Assembly: GCA_965112155.1 (NCBI GenBank)
Contig: OZ218100.1
Origin: Podarcis liolepis
Taxonomy: Eukaryota
Length of the DNA stretch: 64,000 nucleotides
Direction: 5' to 3' (one strand)
Part shown: positions 15,134 through 26,255 of the stretch, piece by piece
How the letters are laid out: every line of letters starts with the position of its first letter
Position numbering within the stretch: position 1 is the first letter of the stretch
The notes under the pieces: generated by a model
Database searches by the model: none
Told to the model about the DNA's origin: nothing
Seen by the model: only the letters and a program-made list of their open reading frames with translations
Program-made: the position numbers and the translations under genes

Positions 15134-15165
<32 letters not shown>
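15134..15165. repeat. (GT)n microsatellite
   Basis: Seen directly. Confidence 0.95.
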
Positions 15166-15167
<2 letters not shown>

Positions 15168-15982
15168 ATATATTAGAAAATCCCAAGAAAGCAGACATCT
15201 CGGATTACTGACAGCTAAGTCAGCATTCAATTTGTTGAAATTATACACCTATCATTTTGGTTGCCAAGCTGGGAGAAAGCTGGGCTCACCCTGAAGCTAA
15301 AGGGTCTTTTTTATATTTAAATCTGAGTTCACCCTCTGAGTTCTTGAGTACTTTACACCCATCAGTTTATTCATTATAGGGTTTAAGGGAGAAGCGTACA
15401 TTAGTGATGGTGCTTGCTTTCCATATCATCTACATACAGTGCTACAATATTATTGTATCTTCTTTTAGTCTTTATTTTGGCCAAATTGTTTTAATTGCAG
15501 CTCAACAGCTAGAGTAAATCATGGGGCTGATAAATGGACAATCCTAATTTGCCCTCTTCTTTCATTTAAATCCACTGATTCCTGCATCTAACAACCCAAA
15601 AACACAACAACAGCTGAACCCAGGAGTCTGTTCAGCAGCCTCAGTTTCTGCAGCTGGAGTCAATCAAGGCCCTACACTCCCAGGCCAGGTATAAAAAGGC
15701 CTGCAGGGCAGGTAGCAGGACTCACAGCCAAGATAGCCCTGAAACACACTTGCTGTGGAATATCCTGTGGTGATTGCTGGAGCAAGCAGTCTGAGGTCCC
15801 GCCCTGTGCAGAAATGAAGCTTCAGGTGCTGTTTCCTGTCTGTCTTAGGTAAGGCTTGTGGACCATGGCATTGGCTAGAGGGGGGGAAGCAGCAGGCTCT
15901 CTTTAGCTCTGCTTGCAAGGGGTCAGTCCTCTCCTTTTGATTCTTCATGGTGGCAGCAACAATGAAAGGATAAATGCCCAGG

Positions 15983-16245
15983 TGTTATGTACTGAAGTTC
16001 TCACCCTGGGCCAGCAGGGAGATACTGTAGATAGTTTTCACTCGGGTCCACATGTGCAAATAAGGGATTGAAAGTGACGTTCAGTGATTGGATAGTTACA
16101 GAAAGTGTTACAGTTGCGTTGTAGTGGAGCTCTATATAAGCAGGCTGGCTGAACCCTTCAGTTCAGTTCTGGCCTGGCCTGTGAATAAGCAAGAGCTGTT
16201 TGAAGAATCGCTGCGTCGTCTGATATGCTCACCCACAATTTAACA
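15983..16245 (+). mobile_element. Solo LTR
   Basis: TGTTA...TAACA termini; 5-bp TSD ccagg/ccaag; internal ATTGG, TATATAA and AATAAG. Confidence 0.75.
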
Positions 16246-18169
16246 CCAAGGTCATTGATTCAATCTTACTGAAAAAGACAAAAAAAGTCAGTATATTGAA
16301 GAAGCTCCTTCTGTCACCTGAATCTGCTTGAATGGGATGTGTGCACATATGAATGTCTGAAGAGAGTGTGCAGGTGTGGATGTATATTTTGGCCCAGCTA
16401 GTCTGTGGCCCCTGCTCACTTTTTCCCCCATGGGAAGAGGGAAGACTCCCTACCTCTGGCCTAAACCACATGGTCATAGCGAGAGGCTTCTCTTGAGTCC
16501 CCCTGCCTTCCAAAGTCAGGTAAGCAGTGACTAGCGAGAGAGCATCTTCTCAGTCCTGGTCCCTTGCATTTGAAATGCTCTCCCCAGAGATGCTTGCCTG
16601 GTGCCAACTTTGATGTCCTTGTGCTGCCTGGTGAAGGATTCTTAAAAATTTGCCCAGGCATCCCAGCATGTTATATAGCTGTGTTTGTGTTTTTATGGCT
16701 TCTGTTGGATTTTTGCTCATCTGGTTAAAGGCTTCTTCTTCGGTGACTTTTATTACTCCCATTGATTTTGCCTTTTTATGGCTTTTGCTTGGGGTTTTTT
16801 TCATCTGAAAAAGGCGATGGCTGCTTCATTGGTTTTATGACTGCATTTTGTTGTATTTAATTTGTTCTTGCCATTGTATGCTGCTCTGGGAGCCTTATGC
16901 TGGGAGGGAACTGAAACATCTAAGAAATAAATAAAACATTCAGGAGGAGCAAAGCTTTATTAGCATATTAGCCAGAGCAGGCATGGGCAAAGGGAGAAGA
17001 AAGGAACCTAATGGCACAGGATTATAATTAAAACTTGGTTGCAATTCAGGAAATCAGTGTTTATGTTGCTTTTCAAACTGAAAATGAATAACAATTTGAG
17101 CAACAATTGATGTCTGACTTTGCCGTTCTGGTGCCTCCTTGTGGTCTGCTGGATTCATTCAGTCATTCATAGTTTAAGATGACTTTGACAGCCTGGGGCT
17201 GGATGGACCTAAGTTGAGTTGTAGTCTAAAACATCTGGAGGGTACCAGGTTGGCAAAAGCTGGAGAACACTCACCCTACCACTTCCCTTGTAAACAGGGA
17301 TTCAAACGCCTGCAAAACCTGGGAAATTAAATACAGAAGCAAAACAAAAACAGTCCCATTTGACCAGAAGCAAAAGTGGGGCAAGATAAATGTTTTTATG
17401 GCATGGGAAATAACTCCTTTCATTTATCAATTTTTAAAACCTGTTCTGGACTTAGTAAACATCTTTTTATAAATGATTCCCTGTGCTTGAAAATGAAACA
17501 TTGGCCTCTGCCTGCATAATTGTCACCAAGATTTCAGCAACGTTGCTTTGTGAAAGCACCTTTCTGACAAAACATCCAAAATATGCTGCAAAGCCCTTTT
17601 TGACCTCAGCTGTCACTCGGGCACAATGAAGCCCTCTTTCAACTATACTCTGGCTATGTCTATTTGGAATTAAATATGATATTACTTGTCATTTATCATA
17701 ATACCATTTAGGCTAACTTATGTACCTCTTATCTAAAAAAAATACAGAATGTGAAACAAGTCTTCTGAAATAGATTAACACCACTGAACTAAATTACATT
17801 ATGGTTTTATTGCTAGACCTGGTACTCAATCTGTGATTATATCTGAGCATGGAGTTTCATTAAATATTCTTACCTTCAGTTTTAATGTGCTTCTCTAGAA
17901 GGTCGTTTCAGTATTTGAGGTCTGTTTTCATATTGTACTCTGCCCTGATAGAAATAGCTTTAATGTGGAAAATGGAACCAAGTGTTCTGGAGTAGATTTT
18001 TCTGCCACTCATGGGACATAGGACTAGCAGAGGACAAAAATAGCTCTGTATGTTTTTCCTTCCCTTTCACTGTTTCCACTGTTCCCTTTTCATTGTTCTG
18101 CAAGGCACTGCTGCATAGGCTGTCAGGCACCCCTTGATAAAGGTGAAATTCCTGAGTGGTTGTCTCGTA

Positions 18170-18305
18170 CAGGCTTCCCCAAACTCAGTCCTCCAGATGT
18201 TTTTGGCCTACAACTCCCATGATCCCTAGCTAGCAGGACCAGTGTTCAGGGAGGATGGGAATTGTAGTCTCAAAACATCTGGAGGGCCGAGGTTGAAGAA
18301 GCCTG
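18170..18305. mobile_element. hAT-type palindromic MITE
   Basis: caggcttc...gaagcctg termini; internal inverted repeat; degenerate 8-bp TSD gtctcgta/gtctagtg. Confidence 0.8.
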
Positions 18306-19400
18306 GTCTAGTGGATGAGAAGAAGCAGCCATACCTTGATCCTAGTTAGAATTCCAGAACACCTGTATTGCCAGTGAATCCATTTTGAGTCCTTTACTGG
18401 ATTAGTAAGCAAGAAGACACTCTTGAGAAGAAAAGGCAGAGTGGTATCTTATCTCAATTTCTGTATGGGTCTGGAGACAAGAAAATGGTCTGGGGTTTGT
18501 GGGCTTCCTGCCTCAATGTCTATTGTTTTTCGGAGTGTCCTGGTGTCCTGGGACACCACAGGTCACCTGCAGGGACAAATATATAATGTGAAAATATAAA
18601 GATTGTACAACTGCCTTTCTTCTTTTACTCTGAGTCTGTTCCTTGATTGGGAGTTCATTGTGCAAATACTATTCTTTGGGCTTGGTGTGTTCTGGCCCTT
18701 TGCAACGGCCCTTTGTGTTATGTAGTGAGAGAGCAGTGGAACTCTTCGTCTTTCAGCCTGCATTCTAGATGTGTGCTTTTTTTTTTTTTGGTAGCTGCTA
18801 ATGTGCTTGGACTGTCAAAACACACCACCTGTCAAAAGCTTGGCAGAACAGGAGTTCTCACCAAAGTGATATTGCAAGGTGGTTACTGCATTTCCCCCCA
18901 TGCCTTTGTACCCATTTTCCTCTATCTGCTGCTGCTTGGGTGGGTGCCATTTTTTCACTTGAAAAGGCACATTAACTGCAGGATTACAGCCAATTAGGAA
19001 TCATATAGTGAAAACAATGACATCACTACATTGCCAATCAGAGGTGGTTATATCACCACGTCATACATGCTGTGATAACCTGCTTATTGCTACACTGATT
19101 ATTATGGCAACAGGAATGCATTCCTTCTGACACTCTATTCCTTTTTTCTGCCTTTTTGCAAAGGGGCAACAACAACAAATCACCCAAAGGGCAACATTCA
19201 TTCCATACAGGCAAAACATTTTGTGAAATATCCCATCCCCCCCCCATTTTTGCTGTGTGCTATTGTGTTTATCGTATGAATAACATGGCAAGATGGTGGA
19301 GGGGGGGGGAAAGAAAGCCATTTTTTAAAGCATTAAAGACAATGTTATCTCCTAATGATTTAACATTAAAGTGGAGGTGTTCATATATTTGAACTGAAGT

Positions 19401-19743
19401 GGGACACGGGTGGCGCTGTGGGTTAAACCACTGAGCCTAGGGCTTGACAATCAGAAGGTCGGTGGTTCGAATCCCTGCGACGGAGTGAGCTCCCGTTGCT
19501 CGGTCCCTGTTCCTGCCCACCTAGCAGTTCGAAATCACGTCAAAGTGCAAGTAGATAAAAAGGGTACCGCTCCAGCAGGAAGGTACACAGCGTTTCCGTG
19601 CACTGCTCTGGTTCACCAGAAGCAGCTTAGTCATGCCGGAAGCTGTATGCCGGCTCCCTCGGCCAATAAAGCGAGATGAGCGCCGCAACCCCTGAGTCGG
19701 TCACGACTGGACCTAATGGTCAGGGGTCCCTTTACCTTTACCT
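19401..19743 (+). mobile_element. Sauria SINE
   Basis: Highly similar to the 1006 copy, with a small internal deletion; tail ccctttacctttacc. Confidence 0.9.
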
Positions 19744-20558
19744 ATGCTTAGGATTGCAACCTACAGCTATTTTGAGGAAACTATAATCTGAATCTCAATT
19801 TGTATTGTATTATTTTATGTGCTGTGGCTTGCTGTTGTTTTATTGATTATAGTTTAGAAATTATTTATTGTAACTGAGTGTTTAACTTTTATGTTATTAT
19901 TATTTAATACTATTATAATGATTGTTGAATGTTACTTTAAAATATGACTATTTTAAAGTTGTTTTATTATCACATTTTTGTATTGCATTAGATTGTTATA
20001 AGATGTATATTTTTTGTTTCTTCAGCTTGTAAACCACCTTGAGTATTGTAAGATAGAAAGACAGTATACAAATTAAAGATGATGATGATGATGAATCATA
20101 TGATTCATATGAGTAGAATGATTATGCGAAGCTGTCCCAACTAGGTGTGTCTAAGGCTTTAGGTTCCGTTTCAGATATAAAGGGCCCTGGCTTTGCAGCT
20201 CAGGCACCAAATGATGAAGCTCTGAACTGCACTAACATTTGGAAATCAGACTTCTTGTTTCCCTTGACTTCCCCTCATGCACAGCCTTGCAGCCTGTCAC
20301 TTGAGGAAGTGAGACTCTAACCATCGATTTATCCGTTGTTTGTGGAACACACAGGTGTCACCTGTTAGCAGAGCAGCTACTTTGTTGTGACAAAGGTTGA
20401 TCTCGGTTTGTCATCTGCAGTCAAATTTGGAGGGTAAGTGGTTCTGTCAGGTTGACTACAAGCTCATTTCCTTGAGTAGATAAAGGAAGCGGAAAGGATG
20501 GCATAAGAAAAAAAAGAAGTGCATCACTGTTTTATTTGGGTTGTTAATATTGTACATT

Positions 20559-20720
20559 GAGCCAGTGTAGTGGTTAGAGTGTTGGACATGGATGACCAGG
20601 GTTGAAATACCCACTTGGACATGAAGCTCATTGGGAAGACTTTCAGCAACTCACTGTCTCTCAGCCTAACCTACCTCACTGGGTTGTTGTAAGGAAAAAA
20701 TGAGGAGCGAGAGAACCATG
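20559..20720 (+). mobile_element. tRNA-derived MIR/CORE-like SINE, 5' part (3' part at about 22135-22187, split by the L2)
   Basis: gtgtagtggttagagtgttggac head and ctcagcctaacctacctcac core; tail ccttgagctcc...aataaataaataa resumes after the L2. Confidence 0.65.
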
Positions 20721-22095
20721 GTCGACATGGTCAACCACGAACTTTTGGACCGCTGCCTTGCTGACGTGGGGATTCAGGGCACAGCCTTACAGTGGCTGCG
20801 CTCTTTTATCTCAGGTCAGGGACAGAGGGTGGTGATAGGGGAGGAGTTGTCGTCGTGGCACCCCTTGGTGTGTGGAGTGCCCCAGGGCGCAATCCTCTCC
20901 CCAATGCTTTTTAACATCTTTATGCACCCCCTTGCCCAGCTTGTCCGGAATTTCGGGATGGGTTGTCACCAATATGCTGATGACACCCAGCTCTATCTGT
21001 TGATGGACGGCCATCCTGACTTTGGCCCCAGACACACTGATCAGATGTTTGGAAGCTAGGGCTGGATGGCTGCGTGGGAGCCGATTGAAGTTAAATCCTT
21101 CAAAGACAGAGGTCCTCTGGCTGAGTTGGGACGACTTGGGGTTGGGGGGCCTACTCCCATCTTTTGCGGGGGTGCAATTAGTGCCAGTGCCTTCTGTCAG
21201 GAGTTTGGGTATAACCTTTGATGCCTGCCTTTCTATGGAGGCGCAGGTTGCAACTGCGGCAAAGGCAGCATTTTTTCCACCTCCGCCTTGCTAAGCAGCT
21301 GGTCCCTTAACTTTCTCTCCCTGATCTTGCCACAGTGATCCATGTGACGGTCACCTCCAGGCTTGATTATTGTAATTCACTCTACGCCGGACTGCCCTTG
21401 AAGCTGACCCAGAAACTCCAGCGGGTGCAGAACGCTGCAGCGAGGCTCCTTACGAGGTCCTTGCCATGGGATCACATTAATCCAGTGCTATACCAGCTGC
21501 ACTGGCTCCCAGTGGAGTATAGAGTCGGGTTTAAAGTGCTGGTTTTAACCTTTAAAGCCCTATACAGCCTAGGACTCTCGTACTTACGGGACCGCATCTC
21601 CTGGTACGCACCGCAGAGGACCTTACAGTCCACAAACACTAATACTTTGGAGGTCCTGGCCCTCAAGGAGTTTAGACTGGTCTCAACCAGAGGCAGGGCC
21701 TTTTCAGCCCTGGCCCCAGTCTGGTGGAACGCTCTGTCACAAGAGACCAGGGCCCTGCAGGATTTGACATCTTTCTGCAGGGCCTGCAAGACGGAGCTGT
21801 TCCACCAGGCCTTTGGTCCAGGCCCAGTCCGACCCCCTTCTTTTTGTGGGACACTGTAAGTGGCCTCTTTGGCTCTTTCTATCGGCCCATAAGGGACCAG
21901 CAGGGGTGGCCGGGCCTGGTGAAATTTTAATTCCTTACCCCTACAATTATGATTTGTGGGTTCCCACTTAATTTTACTTTGATTTTAAATGATTCAAAAT
22001 GTATTTTAAACTAATCGTTTGATTTTGTGTTTTTAAGGAATTTTATATATTTGGTGTTAGCTGCCCTGAGCCCGGTCTCGGTCGGGGAGGGTGGG

Positions 22096-22134
<39 letters not shown>
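20720..22134 (+). mobile_element. 5'-truncated L2-clade LINE (RT fragment plus 3' UTR and (TAT)n tail)
   Basis: GVPQGAILSP, YADDTQLY, LKLNPSKTE, SRLDYCNSL and LHWLP motifs across frameshifted ORFs 20700-21859. Confidence 0.92.
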
Positions 22135-22136
<2 letters not shown>

Positions 22137-22249
22137 TCCCTTGAGCTCCATGGAGTAAAGATGGATACAAATGTAATAAATAAATAAGTAGTAAATGGTT
22201 TGTCATAAAGAAGAGGCTGCATTGATCACAGCTGTATGGTGTATGTGTA

Positions 22250-22513
22250 CAGTGGTGCCTCGCAAGACGAATGCCTCGCAAGACGAAAAACTCGCTAGAC
22301 GAAAGGGTTTTTTGTTTTTTGCGTTGCTTCACTAGACGATTTTCCCTATGGGCTTGCTTCGCAAGACGAAAACATCTTGCGAGTTTGTTCGCTTTTTTCT
22401 TAAAGCCGCTTGAAGAGGTGCAGTTGCGACGGACCGTGCTTCGCAAGACGAAAAACATCGCAAGACGAAAAGACTCGCGGAACGAATTAATTTCGTCTTG
22501 CGAGGCACCACTG
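22250..22513. mobile_element. Tc1/mariner-type MITE
   Basis: 22-bp perfect TIR cagtggtgcctcgcaagacgaa; TA TSD on both sides; internal gcaagacgaa repeats. Confidence 0.9.
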
Positions 22514-23919
22514 TATGTGGATATCATACCACAAACCAATGGAATCTCTTCTTGTTATGTGGGCTGGTTCAAACATCCATGTTCTTAATTTGATGACTGC
22601 AGTATATTGTGGTTTCCTCCATGAGCTGTCAAACACCAAAAATGACATTATTATTTTTAACCTCAACAGTTCACACACATTATTTTGTGACTCACTGAGC
22701 ACTGGATAATTAGCTGGTGAAAAAACAAGTTGTATAGTTAATAGCTGACTATCTGTGTACAATTCTGTGATAGTAGCGGCACCTGCCTCATATAATAAGG
22801 ATTAAATTTTGAGTGCTCTTAGCATGAAACCATTTCTATCGCCCAGTGGAAAATTATTAGCTATAAAACTGAACTGAAAGAGAACATTGACCATTTTCTG
22901 GAATACAGTCATGCCCTGTATCAGAAAACAAAGGCCATGAATCCAAAATACTATATAATCACTTTGGTAACGACAAGGTGACCCACTGCGCTGCTGCTAT
23001 GTAAAAATATGGTATGTCATGGTCCTAGTCATTTGACTGAGGTCTACAAAGGTTTATGTTCCCATCACCTGACAGAGATCAATAAACTTTCACTTAGCTA
23101 CAAGCAGAGTCAGCACACTAATGAGACTGAGGAAGTAAGTTTGATTGAACTCACTGGGAATTACTTCTGATACAAATAATACAAACGTTAAAACCATGGC
23201 TATGTAACAAATTGAAATGCTTCAGTTAAGATTATTATTCATTTCATTTCTATGCAGCTTTATATTTTAAAGAAAAATCTCAAAGTGGTTTACAGCACAT
23301 TAAAACATCGATAAAACAATCCAGAATAAAACATTACTGAAGAAAGTCAGATATAAAGCATACAATCAAAGCAACATAATGAACAAGAAACTAAAATATT
23401 GTCTTAAAGATTTCAAAATAAAATATTACAAAGAAGGTCAACTACAAAATGCATATTTAACACAAAGTTAACAAAAAAGCCCCTCAAGCATTTCAAAAGA
23501 AAATATTGTATTATTATACAACTTCACTTTAAGAGTAAATAGTTTTAAGTTGTGCTGGGGGACACAATGTACCAATTAGAAATCATTCCCTTTCGAAAAC
23601 ATTCAGGAAAACCGGCCCCACATGAACACAATTTGCACATCAGTGAACACAATTTGCATGTCAGTTGCAAATGACTCCATGTTTGCAAAGTGGGTTTGTT
23701 TTTCAGCCTGAGTTAGCATTTCCAGGCAACCTGAGCATGTTCCAGACAAGGCAGCTCGATTCAAAAGGCAGCCTTCAAAGATTTCTACACATTATGCTTC
23801 CTGGTCTTTTGGGGTGTTCACATGCAGCTAGTATCACGAGAGGCAGGCGAGCGGAGCTGCACTTCCTCAGTCTCTTGCCGCCACCACATGGCTGTGTCCT
23901 ACTCCTGCCCTCCCCAATA

Positions 23920-24100
23920 CAGTGGTACCTCAGGTTACATACGCTTCAGGTTAGTCGCTTCAGGTTACAGACTCCGCTAACCCAGAAATAATGCTTCAGG
24001 TTAAGAACTTTGCTTCAGGATGAGAACAGAAATCGAGCTCTGGCAGCGTGGCAGCAGCAGGAGGCCCCATTAGCTAAAGTGGTGCTTCAGGTTATGAACA
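23920..24100 (+). mobile_element. Truncated Tc1/mariner (Tigger-like) MITE
   Basis: ta|cagtggtacctc terminus; repeated gcttcaggtt; no right TIR found. Confidence 0.7.
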
Positions 24101-25181
24101 TATTTGGAGTTTTGAGTGAATGTTGTGTGTGCCACACCTTCTGGTTACTTTCAATTGTTCTGTTCTGAGTAAAGGTTAGTTGAATAAAACCCATTGCATT
24201 TTTAAAGGAAGAAGGAAGGATCTTCATCCTCGATGCCTCACAACGAAAGGGCAATGAATGTGGTGTGGGGCTTGGAGATTTTGTGGGCACTGGGCATCAG
24301 GCAAAGACCTTAAAGGTGGTATGTTGGCAACCCGAGCACCCTGAATTATGCTCAAAAGCTAATGTATAGTCTGGAACATTGCGGTAACATGATGGCACCA
24401 TCCCACCAGCATCCGGGCTGAAAGCCTCTTGGTAATTCCATGTTATTGGAGTAGCCTTGGTATGTAGGTTTATGGGGATTCTTATCACCTGTTTCTTAAA
24501 TGGTCCAGTGTATGTCAGGCACCGAGACCAATCTATGCTCTCTCCTTTTCCACAAGAATGGGAAAACCCGAGTGTATGCAACCCAAGTGGATCTGAAAAT
24601 GTAGCAGGCAGGGTAGCCAGCCTGGATTTTGCTGCTAGAACAAGGACAGCCCTTTAAAAATACCAACAACAACTTTTCACTTATGGAACATTTTAAAGGA
24701 AATGTAAGGTTATACTTCAAAAAGGAATTGCATAAATGAGAAGCGTTTAAGCTGGTATTTGATTCCGGACAAAAGCTGTGTCATTCCAAGTACATTAAAT
24801 AAACATTAGAACAAATTGTGCGGCGCATTCATTTTTAAGATAATTTGAAGCCTTTTCCATGTAGGATGGAGTCCAGAGTAAATTAGCAAAGCTTATATAA
24901 ATTGTAACCAGTGGGAGTTCTGAACATTTAAGAATGCAAGTCGCACCAATTTCAGTGATGTAGGCATGGAAAGCAACTAGGTTGTCGTATAATTACTAGA
25001 AATGCACAAAACTTGAAAGTAAACATGTATTAACTGTAAGATACTGGAAAAAGAGAAACTTCCATAATATATTTTATTTTTATTTTATTTATCAGGAGGT
25101 GAATACCCTGATGATATCCAGTAAAAGGAGAGTCTTTCTGGAGATCCAGCTAAGAAGAATTACTGTGGGAGCAGTCTCAAG

Positions 25182-25229
25182 AATAAGTCCTCCATTAGGA
25201 TAACTGGAGCTTCGTTTTCAAAAGGAGAG
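25182..25229 (+). pseudogene. ARG1: Decayed arginase-1 exon 1 relic (NKSSIRITGASFSKGE|gt versus mammalian KSRTIGIIGAPFSKGQ|gt)
   Basis: Motif similarity to recalled ARG1; phase-0 GT donor at the homologous position; syntenic position and orientation next to the MED23 3' end; in-frame TAA at 25122 with no ATG before the motif. Confidence 0.68.
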
Positions 25230-25569
25230 GTAATCATTGTTCTGTTAGATTTATAAATGCTGCTATTTATATATGAATGTTCAAATTGTCTTTAGACTCT
25301 GTTATATAAAGGGGATGCTTCTTGTGACTTTATTTCTGTTTTTTTAAACAAATTTGTAAACGGCGATAATTCATAAATTAAAAGCTTAAAATGATAATAG
25401 AAATAAACTAACAATGAGGTAGATTTATGAATGAGTCTACTCTTATTTTCTGCACTTTGAATTAAGGAGATCCTTTTCTAGTCTGAGACTAGAACTGTGT
25501 CACTCTTACTTTGCATCCCAGGGATGGGGACCTGGTGGCTTTCCAAATGTTGGATTCCCAACTCCTTTT

Positions 25570-26255
25570 TAAAAAATTTAAAAAAAGTTTTTACAAATAT
25601 CATTTACATTCAGATACAGTATGTTCAATTTTATACATATATAGGATTCCCTGAATCCGTGGACTTGACTCCCCCCTCCCCCTGTGGTTTCCATAGTACT
25701 TCATTTTATACTACATCTTATAATATTATACAAATTGTCTTCAGATTTCCATTCGTAACCATAGAATTATTATATTACAAGTGTTATATTAATCCTGCTA
25801 ACATTTTTAACTGTGTACAGTATTCTGTAACAGAATTGATAAATGTTTTCCATTCTTTATTAAATTTCCCATCTTCTTGGTTTCTGATCTTCCCTGTCAG
25901 TTTTGCCATTTTGGCATAGTCCATCCACTGGCAGAGGAAGAGGAGTGCGGGCGGCACGCCACACCCCCAGGGCACGTGCCAGCCCCGCCCCGCCTGCTCT
26001 CCGCCACTGAGTCCATCATCTTGATTATCTATTCTTCTCTGGTTGGAACTTTATCTTCCTTCCATCTCTGGGTGAAAAGCATGCTTGCAGCTGTCGTCAC
26101 ATACATAAACGGTCTCTTCTGCTCCTCCGGTATTTCATCAGCTATAATTCTTAATAGAAAAGCTGCTGGTTTTTCCACAAAAGTTATTTTAAACATTTTC
26201 CTCCAACTCATTATATATCATTTCACAGAATGCTTTCGTTATTTTGCATGTCCCT
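25570..26255 (-). mobile_element. L1-clade LINE 3' fragment (ORF2 C-terminus plus 3' UTR)
   Basis: MYVTTAASMLFTQRWKEDKVPTREE and WMDYAKMAKLTGKIRNQED...EWKTFI resemble the squamate L1 ORF2 end; T-rich left end corresponds to an A tail. Confidence 0.75.
25926..26009. mobile_element. 84-bp mini hAT MITE inside the L1 fragment
   Basis: Perfect 8-bp TSD agtccatc (25918-25925 and 26010-26017); imperfect TIR cactggcagag versus cagtggcggag. Confidence 0.8.

Noticed and set aside
22250-22513. CRISPR-like spaced repeats (gcaagacgaa)
   Set aside because: Eukaryotic MITE subterminal repeats with TIRs and TA TSD; irregular spacing and no cas genes.
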